Assembly (NCBI GenBank): GCA_035531115.1
Contig: DATKTP010000204.1
Span: 4,155 to 68,154 of the forward strand
Direction of reading: 5' to 3'
From: Candidatus Deferrimicrobium sp.
GTDB lineage: Archaea > Asgardarchaeota > Lokiarchaeia > Helarchaeales > HEL-GB-A
Length of the DNA stretch: 64,000 bases
Below, in pieces: positions 53,961 to 63,491 of the stretch. Position 1 is the stretch's first letter. Each line of letters opens with the position of its first letter. Position numbers and translations under genes: made by a program. The notes below the pieces were generated by a model that ran no database searches, was not told where the DNA came from, and was given only the letters and a program-made list of their open reading frames with translations.

Positions 53961-54077
53961 TTTCGCTTAAACTAGTTTTCTGTCCTTTTTCTCCTATAAT
54001 TCACTCTTCTATAGTCTACAAGTGATTCATGGTTCCTTTAAAAAATATATGAAAATATTGCCGATATTGGAACTTCT

Positions 54078-54899
54078 TTAAGAGGGGTATTCAATTCGTT
54101 TCCGCCAGATATAGAAATATGATAAGACTCCCGAAAGAATTATGATGGCAAGAACTATATACATACGAAAATCACTTAATTCAAAGGGGATTAAGTTGAG
54201 GAAAGGAAGATCAATGCCATTTAAGCGAAAAAAATTATAGAATTGTTCATTCATAAAATCTTGAGTAATGAAATAAATGCCTAATATTAAAACAATATTG
54301 AATAGGATCCCCCAAAACTTCTTCAAACTCTGGTTTCTGATCCAATTGATATTATAGGAAATTAGAATAACGGATGCACAGAGAAAAAAACCCGCAAACC
54401 CGTGATGCATTCCTAGATGAACGGCAGGTAAATTATCTTCCCAGGGAATGGCTTGGTTGCTCATGAAGAAATTCAATCCTGGAATGTCCCCTACAAAGAC
54501 CCCAACTAACGCGAAGATCCATGGGAGCGAAACAAATATCAATATTATAATTGCAATCATTCTAAATTTATCCTTATAAAACGGCTTTGTCATTTTTTGA
54601 CTGAGGTTCAAGTCTCTTTGGTGCGTAAATTCTGATTCTTTAGCGGAACCGATTCTATGATCTATTAAAAGTATAATCGTCCAAAGGATGGGTATTAATC
54701 CGAAAGTACTGAAAAATTCTAAGCTCCAATGCAACCCTGCGTCTACTGAACCAATCGGTTCTCGTTCATACATCGCCCACGAATCATTTATTAACCAATA
54801 ACAGAAAAATGTTGCTAAAACTGTAAAAATCATTAGTGCCCACATTAAAATTAGGGCAGTTCTAAATCTTCGAGGTGAATACAGGTTTGACATGTTCAA
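54078..54899 (-). CDS. polytopic membrane protein, last gene of the AOR cluster
   Basis: 273 aa, ~7 TM helices. Its start overlaps the AOR stop by 4 nt. Confidence 0.6.
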   Translation of the reverse strand: MNMSNLYSPRRFRTALILMWALMIFTVLATFFCYWLINDSWAMYEREPIGSVDAGLHWSLEFFSTFGLIPILWTIILLIDHRIGSAKESEFTHQRDLNLSQKMTKPFYKDKFRMIAIIILIFVSLPWIFALVGVFVGDIPGLNFFMSNQAIPWEDNLPAVHLGMHHGFAGFFLCASVILISYNINWIRNQSLKKFWGILFNIVLILGIYFITQDFMNEQFYNFFRLNGIDLPFLNLIPFELSDFRMYIVLAIIILSGVLSYFYIWRKRIEYPS

Positions 54900-56818
54900 T
54901 CCAATCCATCTGAAAATTCTAATAATCCTAACTCTTCTAATTTCTTTTTTGAGGGTATTCCATACTTATTCCACCCGCGCTCTTCATAATAATCATCCAA
55001 TAAGCGCTCAACATCTGCTTCTGTAAGTTCCCGCTCTTGATGATAATCCATGAGTTTTTTAGGCCCATCTGGTGTTTCACGGGGCGTGAGCCAGATGCGC
55101 GAAATTTTATCCCGGGACTTGAATCCTTCACGAATATTCAAGAGTTTATATAGTGTGAAATTGCGTTCCCCATACTTCTTTAATTGTTGCGGGGTGAGTT
55201 GAATTCCAATACAAGCTGAATATAGTGCAGCAAGGCGCTCAATATGAATAATTTCAGTTCCAAAGAGGGTATATACGATGCACGTCCCCAAGCTATTATG
55301 AACTGCCATTGCATCTTCCGCATGCTTTGCATAGCGACCCGCGTTGAATTTTCCATAGGTGGGAGTAGGTGTGAAGGTCCGCTTGAATTCTTCAGAGGAA
55401 AGCCCGAGGTGGCTGGCATCATCCATCAACGTTTTCAGTGTCATTTTTGGAAGCGTATAGATGGATTGAGTTCCCCCGTGATGCGGTCTTGGATTAGTAA
55501 TATAGGTGAACCGTTGCGGGTCAATTGTGGTAGTCCGTCCATCCTGAATCGCATCTGCACCTTTAAACAGCCCAGTGCCCTCGAAAAAGGCATCTGGATC
55601 GAGTTCCAACTTTTTTGAGAGGGGATACCACCCATCTGCAAGAAATTTTCCCAGATTCTCTTTTGAAATTATTTGTTCGAATAAATTCATATATGCGGGA
55701 AATTCGCGCGGTAATATCTCGGGTGCACAACGGCTTATCCAATTTAACAAGCCTCCGATCGTAAAAAAACAGACCCCTGCTCTATTACATGCATCTAATA
55801 ACTTAATAATTTGAGGAGGATCTTGGATCCCGAGTCGGAGCGCCACACGTGCCGGGAGATAATGGTGTCCCGTGAACGTGGTTACGCCTTGATATGGACC
55901 ATCGGGGACATAATAATCAGTACGGCAAGCAATCATACACCCATTGCAAGCAAGATTATGTTTGAATTTATGTTTTTTCCAAGTTTTTGGACCAAAGTTT
56001 TTTTTCCAAGTTCGATAGGGTAAATTTCCCTCATAGACGAGGGGTGCTTGTAGATCCCACCCAGCAGTAATGCCCATATCTTGAAAATTTGCTAACATGG
56101 GGACATTTTTCACTGTAGTACGGAATTCACGCACCAATTTCAAGAATTCGGAAGGATGTGCAACTTGTATACCCTTGGTTCCGTACGTTACAATGGCTTT
56201 CAAGTTTTTAGATCCCATCACCGCTCCAAAGCCGAATTTCCCAAGATGCCCACTATAATCCACCAGTGCAAGTGCATACCGTACTAAGTTTTCCCCAGCT
56301 TTTCCAATTGCAATTACTCCATTAAGTGGATTTTCCTTGATAAAATAATCCGTAGTTTCGTAAATATCCAAATTTCGCCAGAATTTATCTGCAGAATTGA
56401 TTTGAACTTCCTCATCCGTGACTTGGAGAAAAACTGGGTGCTCAGCTTTACCCGTAATAATTAGATGATCATACCCTGCATTTTTAAGCATTGGACCAAA
56501 CCGTCGGCTTCCCGCAACCGCATTATCGATAAAATGGAGTCCCGCAGGCGAGGCAACAATGGGCGATTTGGTGGTCGCAATAACTTTTCCCGCCCCTGGA
56601 ATTAGGGTTCCAACAAGTGGACCGGTCCCCAAGATAATCGTATTTTCTGGTGCAAAAGGATCCACGTTTGGAGATTGATAATCCCAGAAAAGGCGGTTAT
56701 TTATTCCATAGCCTCCAACGAATTTTGAAATATAAGATTCGGGGAGTGGAAAGCTTCGTATTTTCTGGGAGCTTAAATCTACATGTAATATTTTTCCAGC
56801 GTAACCATAGTAATTCAA
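54896..56818 (-). CDS. aor: aldehyde:ferredoxin oxidoreductase family (tungstopterin enzyme)
   Basis: 640 aa. N-terminus 'YGYAGKILHVDLSSQKI' plus length and overall pattern are typical of AOR-family enzymes. Confidence 0.85.
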   Translation of the reverse strand: MNYYGYAGKILHVDLSSQKIRSFPLPESYISKFVGGYGINNRLFWDYQSPNVDPFAPENTIILGTGPLVGTLIPGAGKVIATTKSPIVASPAGLHFIDNAVAGSRRFGPMLKNAGYDHLIITGKAEHPVFLQVTDEEVQINSADKFWRNLDIYETTDYFIKENPLNGVIAIGKAGENLVRYALALVDYSGHLGKFGFGAVMGSKNLKAIVTYGTKGIQVAHPSEFLKLVREFRTTVKNVPMLANFQDMGITAGWDLQAPLVYEGNLPYRTWKKNFGPKTWKKHKFKHNLACNGCMIACRTDYYVPDGPYQGVTTFTGHHYLPARVALRLGIQDPPQIIKLLDACNRAGVCFFTIGGLLNWISRCAPEILPREFPAYMNLFEQIISKENLGKFLADGWYPLSKKLELDPDAFFEGTGLFKGADAIQDGRTTTIDPQRFTYITNPRPHHGGTQSIYTLPKMTLKTLMDDASHLGLSSEEFKRTFTPTPTYGKFNAGRYAKHAEDAMAVHNSLGTCIVYTLFGTEIIHIERLAALYSACIGIQLTPQQLKKYGERNFTLYKLLNIREGFKSRDKISRIWLTPRETPDGPKKLMDYHQERELTEADVERLLDDYYEERGWNKYGIPSKKKLEELGLLEFSDGLD

Positions 56819-57075
56819 ACATGATCCCCCGTATATTCCAATGCATCATAAGCGCATTCTTGAGTGCACAGCCAACAACTTGGTTTACAACTCTCCAAAA
56901 AGATAATTTCTGTAGAAATCCACGTTTTTTCGCTGAAATGTCCTGGAAAAATTTTTATATGTGCTTTTGACGGATTAAACGATTTGGAATGAATAAAAGA
57001 ACAAATCAACATACAACTCAAGCATTGAGCACAGTTTTCGGCATGAATTTTAATATTTTCCTTGATTGTTTGCAA
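56815..57075 (-). CDS. small ferredoxin-like 4Fe-4S protein
   Basis: 86 aa. 'CAQCLSCMLIC' and 'CKPSCWLCTQEC' cysteine clusters. 4-nt overlap with the AOR start. Confidence 0.65.
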   Translation of the reverse strand: MQTIKENIKIHAENCAQCLSCMLICSFIHSKSFNPSKAHIKIFPGHFSEKTWISTEIIFLESCKPSCWLCTQECAYDALEYTGDHV

Positions 57076-57098
57076 TCTATTAAGACATCCTCGTATTT

Positions 57099-57890
57099 CT
57101 ATTTTCGAAATATATTATATTTTCTGCAATAATTCTTAAAATGGGGAGTGCCTCCATCTTCAGCAATAATTTGTAAGACTTTTAAAGGATTTAATACCTG
57201 CATACCGCTCACCATCGTTACATTCCGATCAAAGAGCGAGTCAGGGATTATCCCTGCTGAAGGTCCAACCAATATGATTTCTCTCGCATTCATAATCCAA
57301 GACAATACAGTTTCAAGTGTATTATTAACTATCGTCGACCCGGTAATAAGAACAACATCTGCTTGATTCAAACAACTTTGAGAGGACTCAAGGGTATTAA
57401 AGGTTGGTGATTGAATATTTTTTAATCTATCATCAATAATAGTAATATTTTGAATTTGGCGCTGTAATTTTTGAAAAATTCCTCCAATATATCCAACCAT
57501 TACTACCTTATCTGGCGAGTTAAACTGAATATGCTCGATAGGGTCTCCATCAAAGAGAAGATTATATTGATCCATTTTATTCTTAATAATATGCTGCGAA
57601 ACCGCATTTAAGACTGAAATACCAAGAACTTTTTCGATATTAATCTCTTCATTACCTGCAAATTGAAGCACTTTTCCTATATCTAAATCCATAACACTAG
57701 AAGCTGTTTTTATGCATTCTACCGAATCAAGGGGCTCCTGATTAAAGACGGAAAAACACAGACCACACGATTCATCGTCAAGCATCGTACAAGTAAATCG
57801 AAATCCTTTACTCAGGGCCTTAATTCTTAAGGTATTCAGATCAATCTCCTCTAAAATCCGTGTTATTAAGTCCTCAATAAGTTTACCCAC
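57099..57890 (-). CDS. DUF4213/DUF364 protein (putative cofactor/metal-handling Rossmann-like protein)
   Basis: 263 aa. 'VVMVGYIGG...ADVVLITGSTIVNNTLETVL...IILVGPSAGIIPDSLFDRNVTMVSGMQV' matches the DUF364 pattern as I recall it. Confidence 0.7.
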   Translation of the reverse strand: MGKLIEDLITRILEEIDLNTLRIKALSKGFRFTCTMLDDESCGLCFSVFNQEPLDSVECIKTASSVMDLDIGKVLQFAGNEEINIEKVLGISVLNAVSQHIIKNKMDQYNLLFDGDPIEHIQFNSPDKVVMVGYIGGIFQKLQRQIQNITIIDDRLKNIQSPTFNTLESSQSCLNQADVVLITGSTIVNNTLETVLSWIMNAREIILVGPSAGIIPDSLFDRNVTMVSGMQVLNPLKVLQIIAEDGGTPHFKNYCRKYNIFRK

Positions 57891-58373
57891 GTCATTAACT
57901 CCATTTGATTAACATGAAAATCTCTTGATAATAAATAAGTAAGTTCAAAATTTTAATACTGATCTTAAAAAAAGAAGTTAGAATGTAATTGCTGTTGATG
58001 CTCTTTTCCAAGCAGCCCAAAGTCTATAAGCGAATCGTCGATAAGTTGAGTGATGATGCGTATTACTTTTCGCATCTGCTCTATTTCGATTACGGGAAAA
58101 ATCAGTGTCTGGTAGGAGAAACATTGCATCATCAAATTTTTCAGTTTGAATCAATGTCTTTTTTTGCCGTTTTACGCTTCTGACTTTGTTATGATTCCAT
58201 AAATTCCCCGAATGTCGCCTTTTTTTAATTCGCTTCTTTTTCCTTTTCGCGCACATAGTCAATATGGCATAATAAAAAGCACCAGAGTAAATAATGAACC
58301 ATTATATTTAAAATACTCCTCCTATCCCTTTGGATTCAAAAATGATTTTATAAAGCCCTAATTTCAAACGCTT

Positions 58374-59609
58374 TTATAGTAAATCGACGATCAATGTTGA
58401 CCAACCAAAATTTTTTGCTCCGTAGGGCTTCCCCGTTATTGGATTATATTGTTCGCGGAATCCTGATTTTTCAATCATTTCACACATCTTTATAATAATC
58501 TCTTTTGCTAAATCATTAAATCCTTGCTGTTGTAAGCCCTTAATACTATACCAATTTGTGCAAAACCATGTGGGACCACGCCAGAGTAACAGTGAAGACC
58601 CTTTCGGATTGAATTTTGGTGAAGATTTTGCTACAGATGGGATAGGAAAGGGAAGCCAAAATTCCTCCTCATTTAATAGATGCTCCTTCACTAAACGCTC
58701 TGCTTTTTCATTACCTATTTCTAATAATAATGGAAATAAGCCAGTAACTGATATTTCTGGTAAAATAACATCATCTAATGATCGAATCGAATAAAAGAAA
58801 CCAACTTTATCATCCCAACATTTGTTAATTAGAGCACTCTGTGCCTTTTCTGCTCGTAACAACAATATTTTTTTCTTTTCCTTCTGTCCTAGAATCGCAC
58901 AGAGATTTGCTAATACCTTTAAATTTATTATATAAATTACATTGAACGCCACGTCTTTTACGAAAAATAGATTCCTCTCCTTCATTTTTTCAATATTCCA
59001 AGCTACCTTATTGTATTCCTTAATTAAATTTCTCAGCCAGAACCCCGTTCGAATCGTAAAAAGCCTTCTAATTCCATGAATATGATCCCAGACCGGCAAT
59101 AAATCCATTCCACTCTCCCATGGGTGGATAATAGAAACCAATCCATCGCCTGTAATTTGTTCGTTTCGCTCATCATGAAGCCAATCATAATATTTTATAA
59201 GAGATGGAAGCATTGATTCAAGGAAGTTGGTGTCATTGGTGGTTTCATAGACTTTTAAAACGGCTTCTGCAAGTAACGGCGGTTGAGTGATATGAGTTCT
59301 ATCGTTTTCTGGAAATAACCTCTTAAAAAACCAATCTGTTAGTCTTGGGAATGCTCCTTTTGCTCTTTTCCAATATAATGTATGGGGTATCATACCGTTC
59401 TCGAATTGCTTTTTGATTAGTGTATGCAATTCTTTTTTAGCGTTTTCTGGATTGAAATATGACCAAATAATCGCATGAAAGCAGCTATCCCAAAGCCATT
59501 GATGTTGATATGTCCCTGTGCTTGGGCACGTATAGAAATACTCTTCATTCTGAACAATGTTTCCCTCCAATACTCGTTTCGCTTTTTCTTTAATCCTATT
59601 GATATCCAT
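58374..59609 (-). CDS. (alpha/alpha)6-barrel glycoside hydrolase, GH63-like (glucosidase I / mannosylglycerate hydrolase-like)
   Basis: 411 aa. 'YQHQWLWDSCFHAIIW', 'IIHPWESGMDLLPVWD', 'NFGWSTLIVDLL'. Confidence 0.75.
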   Translation of the reverse strand: MDINRIKEKAKRVLEGNIVQNEEYFYTCPSTGTYQHQWLWDSCFHAIIWSYFNPENAKKELHTLIKKQFENGMIPHTLYWKRAKGAFPRLTDWFFKRLFPENDRTHITQPPLLAEAVLKVYETTNDTNFLESMLPSLIKYYDWLHDERNEQITGDGLVSIIHPWESGMDLLPVWDHIHGIRRLFTIRTGFWLRNLIKEYNKVAWNIEKMKERNLFFVKDVAFNVIYIINLKVLANLCAILGQKEKKKILLLRAEKAQSALINKCWDDKVGFFYSIRSLDDVILPEISVTGLFPLLLEIGNEKAERLVKEHLLNEEEFWLPFPIPSVAKSSPKFNPKGSSLLLWRGPTWFCTNWYSIKGLQQQGFNDLAKEIIIKMCEMIEKSGFREQYNPITGKPYGAKNFGWSTLIVDLL

Positions 59610-59734
59610 GTTGTATTCAAATCCGTAATCTTTTAAGAGTATATTTAATTATAAAAAATATCAATGAAGTTATTAATAATTTTAAAACAATTTGAAAAGT
59701 GTTAAGAGTGCAATAAAGTAGTAGGGTTATAAGT

Positions 59735-60982
59735 ATGGAGAAGATTAATGAAATTCTTAATAATTTTGAAATAACTCTCAAACAAACCATTGAAATAACT
59801 CTTATAAAAAAATTAGAGAGTAATGTAACATCTTTAAAAACCTTAATTAATCAAATCTCTGAAAAAAAGCAAGCAATAGAGGCTACAATGAAAGGAAAAG
59901 AAAAAGGGTTTAATTTTGAGGAATATATTAATACTATCAGTCGAGAAATTAATGGAATAAATGATAAAATCCCCAACTTGATTGATTTAACTAAGAAGTT
60001 GGAGACCGACGCAGCTGTAAAGCAATTTTTGCTCCAGAAGTCCGATGAGATTTTTTCAAGAATATCTGATGAAGCCTCACGGGAGTTTAATTTATCCACG
60101 TTTAAAATTTACAGTGAAATTTTAGATAATTTGAAATTTGAAATGGAGAAAAATTTTCTGGAAGGGCTAGATAAAGAACTTTTTGGAATTAAAACAGAAT
60201 TAGGTGAATTCCAAAAGATCTATGAAGTTGCGAGTCCTCAATTTATGGCGATCCAGAAATCTCTAGAAGAGATGCAAAATAAATACCAGACTCAATATCA
60301 GAACCAAATAGAATTACTCAAGAGCGAAAGTGAAATTGTTGAGGGATCCTTTCCTCAAATAATGGTATTTACTAATAATTTAACTCAAGATTATGACGCA
60401 CTTCAAAAAGAAATTGGTAATAAACTGATAAATATCTATCAAACACCATTGCACCTTCTAAGCGATCTGCGAGTTGCCCTTCATTTCTATGAAAAAAATC
60501 TGACATCTCAACATACTAAATTACAGACCGACTTGGAATCCACCCATAAAAAAATAGAAAACATCTCTTTGGACTCGAAAGACTCGTTGAGAGTAGCTGA
60601 ACAACTGAAACAGGAAAACGCACAATTGAAAGCTGAAAATCTACGCATGAAATCTGATTTAGACCATGTATCAAAAGAACTGGATAAACTTTCTCAAGAT
60701 TTTGTGCACATGTCTAAAGCACAAGATAGAAAAGTTGAAATGCGAGAAGTATTAGCTTTAGTTATGACGTTGTTAGTTGAAGTATTTGGTGCTCAACCCC
60801 ATTCTAAGTTACTATACTTGTTACATGGTCAAAAAGTTGATATGAGTCGCGATGCATTAACAAAAGCATCTGGTATTGCTGGAGCGATCGTGCGGAAAGC
60901 TCTTGCAGATTTGGACGCTGCAAACCTTGTCGAATACGATGTTGTATCAGGAAATGTGAAATTATTAAAGCGAATCTATTAA
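59735..60982 (+). CDS. long coiled-coil protein with C-terminal winged helix
   Basis: 415 aa. Heptad-rich sequence through ~residue 330 (e.g. 'LKQENAQLKAENLRMKSDLDHVSKELDKLSQ'), then 'MSRDALTKASGIAGAIVRKALADLDAANLVEYD'. First gene of the Rag-like operon. Confidence 0.65.
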   Translation: MEKINEILNNFEITLKQTIEITLIKKLESNVTSLKTLINQISEKKQAIEATMKGKEKGFNFEEYINTISREINGINDKIPNLIDLTKKLETDAAVKQFLLQKSDEIFSRISDEASREFNLSTFKIYSEILDNLKFEMEKNFLEGLDKELFGIKTELGEFQKIYEVASPQFMAIQKSLEEMQNKYQTQYQNQIELLKSESEIVEGSFPQIMVFTNNLTQDYDALQKEIGNKLINIYQTPLHLLSDLRVALHFYEKNLTSQHTKLQTDLESTHKKIENISLDSKDSLRVAEQLKQENAQLKAENLRMKSDLDHVSKELDKLSQDFVHMSKAQDRKVEMREVLALVMTLLVEVFGAQPHSKLLYLLHGQKVDMSRDALTKASGIAGAIVRKALADLDAANLVEYDVVSGNVKLLKRIY

Positions 60983-61013
60983 GAATCTGTTTCTTCTGCT
61001 TTCTCAAAAAATA

Positions 61014-61964
61014 GTGGATTTCAAAAAAGGAAGAACATTCATGGTCGAATTAAAAGCAAAAGCGCCCTTCAAAATTATTTTTACGGGATTAGATGATAGC
61101 GGGAAGACATCCAGTCTTTATGTCTTGGAAGATAAATTCAGTTTATTGAATCCTCCTCCGACTATTGGAATAGAAAGAGAAACTTTTGAAGTTTTAGGAT
61201 TTCCAATTATACGCTGGGATTTAGGGGGCCAATCTAAATTCCGCCAATCATATTTGGAGCAAGAATATACTTTTGCAGATACAGATCTTCTCTTCTATAT
61301 AATTGATATACAAAATCGCTCACGTTTCGGAGAATCTATCGATTATTTTGAACATATTCTAACGATGTTCAAAAAAGTTGGTCAAAAACCCCCCATATTT
61401 TTATGTCTTCATAAATTTGATCCCGATTTAAAAACAGATGATCGTATTCTATCGAATGTAGAACTTGCTAAACAGATTTTTCGGCGGAAATCCTTCGGTT
61501 TTGAAGTTGAAATGTGTGAAACCACTATTTTTGAGAAGTGGTCGTTAACAGTCGCTTTTTCCAAAGCTTTATCGAAGCTTTCACCCAAATCTCACATCCT
61601 TGATCAACAACTTGAGGCTTTTGCAAATCAAATTCAGTCTGAAACTGTCCTCCTCCTGGATGAAAACGCGTTGCTTTTCGGACAATATTTCAAGAACTTA
61701 GAATGCTATGATATATGTAAAATAATTTCCCCGCATCTAGCGACTATGGCCGATAAAATAATCAAATATGGCACGAATTTTGAAATATTCCAAGTGAAAG
61801 TCAAAGAAAGAGGATGGGTTTTTTTCCGTGATTTACAAATAGCGAATAAGCAATATTATCTAATCATCCACAATAATCAAGTTAGCAGTATTAAACTAAT
61901 AGATGAAAATATTCCCCAATTTATCGCGAAAATCTCAAATGTAATTCAATCTTTTTTTACATAG
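61014..61964 (+). CDS. Rag/Gtr-like small GTPase with C-terminal roadblock-like domain (paralog 1)
   Basis: 316 aa. G1 'GLDDSGKTS', G3 'WDLGGQ', G4 'LHKFD' (HKxD as in RagA/Gtr1). 'TTIFEKWSLTVAFSKALSKLSPKSHILDQQLEAFANQIQSETVLLLDENALLF' parallels RagA '[51 protein letters not shown]' (from memory). Confidence 0.8.
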   Translation: MDFKKGRTFMVELKAKAPFKIIFTGLDDSGKTSSLYVLEDKFSLLNPPPTIGIERETFEVLGFPIIRWDLGGQSKFRQSYLEQEYTFADTDLLFYIIDIQNRSRFGESIDYFEHILTMFKKVGQKPPIFLCLHKFDPDLKTDDRILSNVELAKQIFRRKSFGFEVEMCETTIFEKWSLTVAFSKALSKLSPKSHILDQQLEAFANQIQSETVLLLDENALLFGQYFKNLECYDICKIISPHLATMADKIIKYGTNFEIFQVKVKERGWVFFRDLQIANKQYYLIIHNNQVSSIKLIDENIPQFIAKISNVIQSFFT

Positions 61965-61983
61965 CTACTAGGAGGTAAAATAT

Positions 61984-62898
61984 ATTTCAAATAAAACGCC
62001 AACATTCAAAATAGCATTTTGTGGGTTAGATAACAGCGGAAAAACAAGTATATTACTGGTTCTTGAACATAAATTTAGTCTATTAACAAACATTTCTCCA
62101 ACAAAAGGCGTTGATCGGCAAGAATTCGATGTCTTAGGGCATCCTATTATCAAATGGGATTTCGGTGGACAACAGCAATTTCGTGAAAACTATTTTAAAA
62201 CAAATCAGTTGGAATCTACCGATCTCATATTTTATGTAATAGATATGCAAGATTCAAAAAGATTCGCAGAATCCTTTCAATATTTTTCTGAAATCATTGA
62301 TTTTTTTAAGAAAATCAATCAAAAATTTCCCCATCTTGTCATTTGTCTTCATAAGGTAGATCCTGACCTTGTTAATAATCCTCAAATCCAAGCAAATATC
62401 CAAGAATGTGAAAAAACATTACAGGATCTTATTGATGTTAATTGTATTACTTTTCAGACCACCATTTATAACAATTGGAGCGTAAGGAAAGCCTTTTCAA
62501 AAGGTCTTTTGAAACTATCCCCTAAATCGACTCTACTTGATACTATCCTTGAAGATTTTCTTTCGATCACAAAGTCAGATACTGTTTTACTTTTGGATAC
62601 CGATGCTCTTGTTTTTAGTGAAATGACGCATGATCCTGAATCTTATCAAATATCTAACATTCTTTCACCCCATCTAGCTACTATGGCAGATAAATTATTA
62701 AAATATGGAAAAGAGATTGAAGTCTTTGAAGGGAAAATTGGAGGATGGATCTATTTTAAGCCTCTCTTTATCCGGCAAAAGACCTTCTATCTCGTTATTT
62801 TTAATAAAAAAAGCGATAGCTTTGAAGAAATAAATTTCGCGCTCCCCCAACTTACTGAGAAAATTGCGAATACACTTCAAACATTTTTTGTTGGTTAA
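61984..62898 (+). CDS. Rag/Gtr-like small GTPase with C-terminal roadblock-like domain (paralog 2); probable non-canonical ATT start
   Basis: The track ORF starts at 62209, but the same frame (open from 61972) encodes the P-loop 'FKIAFCGLDNSGKTS' and G3 'WDFGGQ' upstream. G4 is 'LHKVD'. No ATG/GTG/TTG lies between 61972 and 62208. ATT 61984 sits 7 nt after GGAGGT. Confidence 0.75.
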   Translation: MSNKTPTFKIAFCGLDNSGKTSILLVLEHKFSLLTNISPTKGVDRQEFDVLGHPIIKWDFGGQQQFRENYFKTNQLESTDLIFYVIDMQDSKRFAESFQYFSEIIDFFKKINQKFPHLVICLHKVDPDLVNNPQIQANIQECEKTLQDLIDVNCITFQTTIYNNWSVRKAFSKGLLKLSPKSTLLDTILEDFLSITKSDTVLLLDTDALVFSEMTHDPESYQISNILSPHLATMADKLLKYGKEIEVFEGKIGGWIYFKPLFIRQKTFYLVIFNKKSDSFEEINFALPQLTEKIANTLQTFFVG

Positions 62899-62938
62899 TT
62901 AACTTATACTATTTCCCTAATCCTATGAATATTCACTG

Positions 62939-63286
62939 GTGAGTAAAATGCCTAAAAATGAAGATAAAAAAGGAAAGGAACGGATATTACGCATTGCTTA
63001 TGAAGCTCTTGAGGAATGTAACACCCTGTATGAACGCACCGGTCGAAATAAAATACCCTTAGATGAAGTCGCTGGAAATTTAGCTATTAGTAAAGAAGAA
63101 ATCCAAAATAGTTTCGACCAGTTAGTGCAAGAAGGTGTTATTGGAGATGATGGCGATCGCGAACATATGAATTATGATGAAAGTGGCGCATTAATGGAAT
63201 TGATATTGCAACTTCTCACGAAACTTCTCAAAGAAAAAGAGGAATCTAAGGAAGAGAAGGAAGAAAATCTGATTCAATATACTTAA
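62939..63286 (+). CDS. small winged-helix-like protein with acidic/Lys-rich tail
   Basis: 115 aa (GTG start; ATG at 62948). 'LDEVAGNLAISKEEIQNSFDQLVQEGVI'. Last gene of the Rag-like operon. Confidence 0.5.
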   Translation: MSKMPKNEDKKGKERILRIAYEALEECNTLYERTGRNKIPLDEVAGNLAISKEEIQNSFDQLVQEGVIGDDGDREHMNYDESGALMELILQLLTKLLKEKEESKEEKEENLIQYT

Positions 63287-63491
63287 AGCCTTAGATATTC
63301 TCTCTATCATATATATAGACATAACAGGGTTGTTAGATAAATATTATTAAAGAAAAGAGGCTAATCGGGAGAAGGATAATAGCGTAATGAATTATACATA
63401 AAAATGATAATTCTGTATAAAAAACACAATCTAAATTAAAATTGCATACAAATTAAAACGCAATTTATCACTTCAAAAATAGTTTTTTTAT

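Noticed and set aside
57978-58262. 94-aa highly basic minus-strand ORF (and antisense 64-aa ORF) in the spacer between the DUF364 and GH63-like genes
   Set aside because: The K/R-rich low-complexity N-terminus can arise from A-rich DNA, there is no domain pattern, and the two ORFs mutually overlap. Coding status cannot be supported.
61968-62153. 61-aa minus-strand track ORF
   Set aside because: It is antisense to the region encoding the P-loop and switch regions of Rag-like paralog 2, which is strongly supported by similarity to paralog 1.
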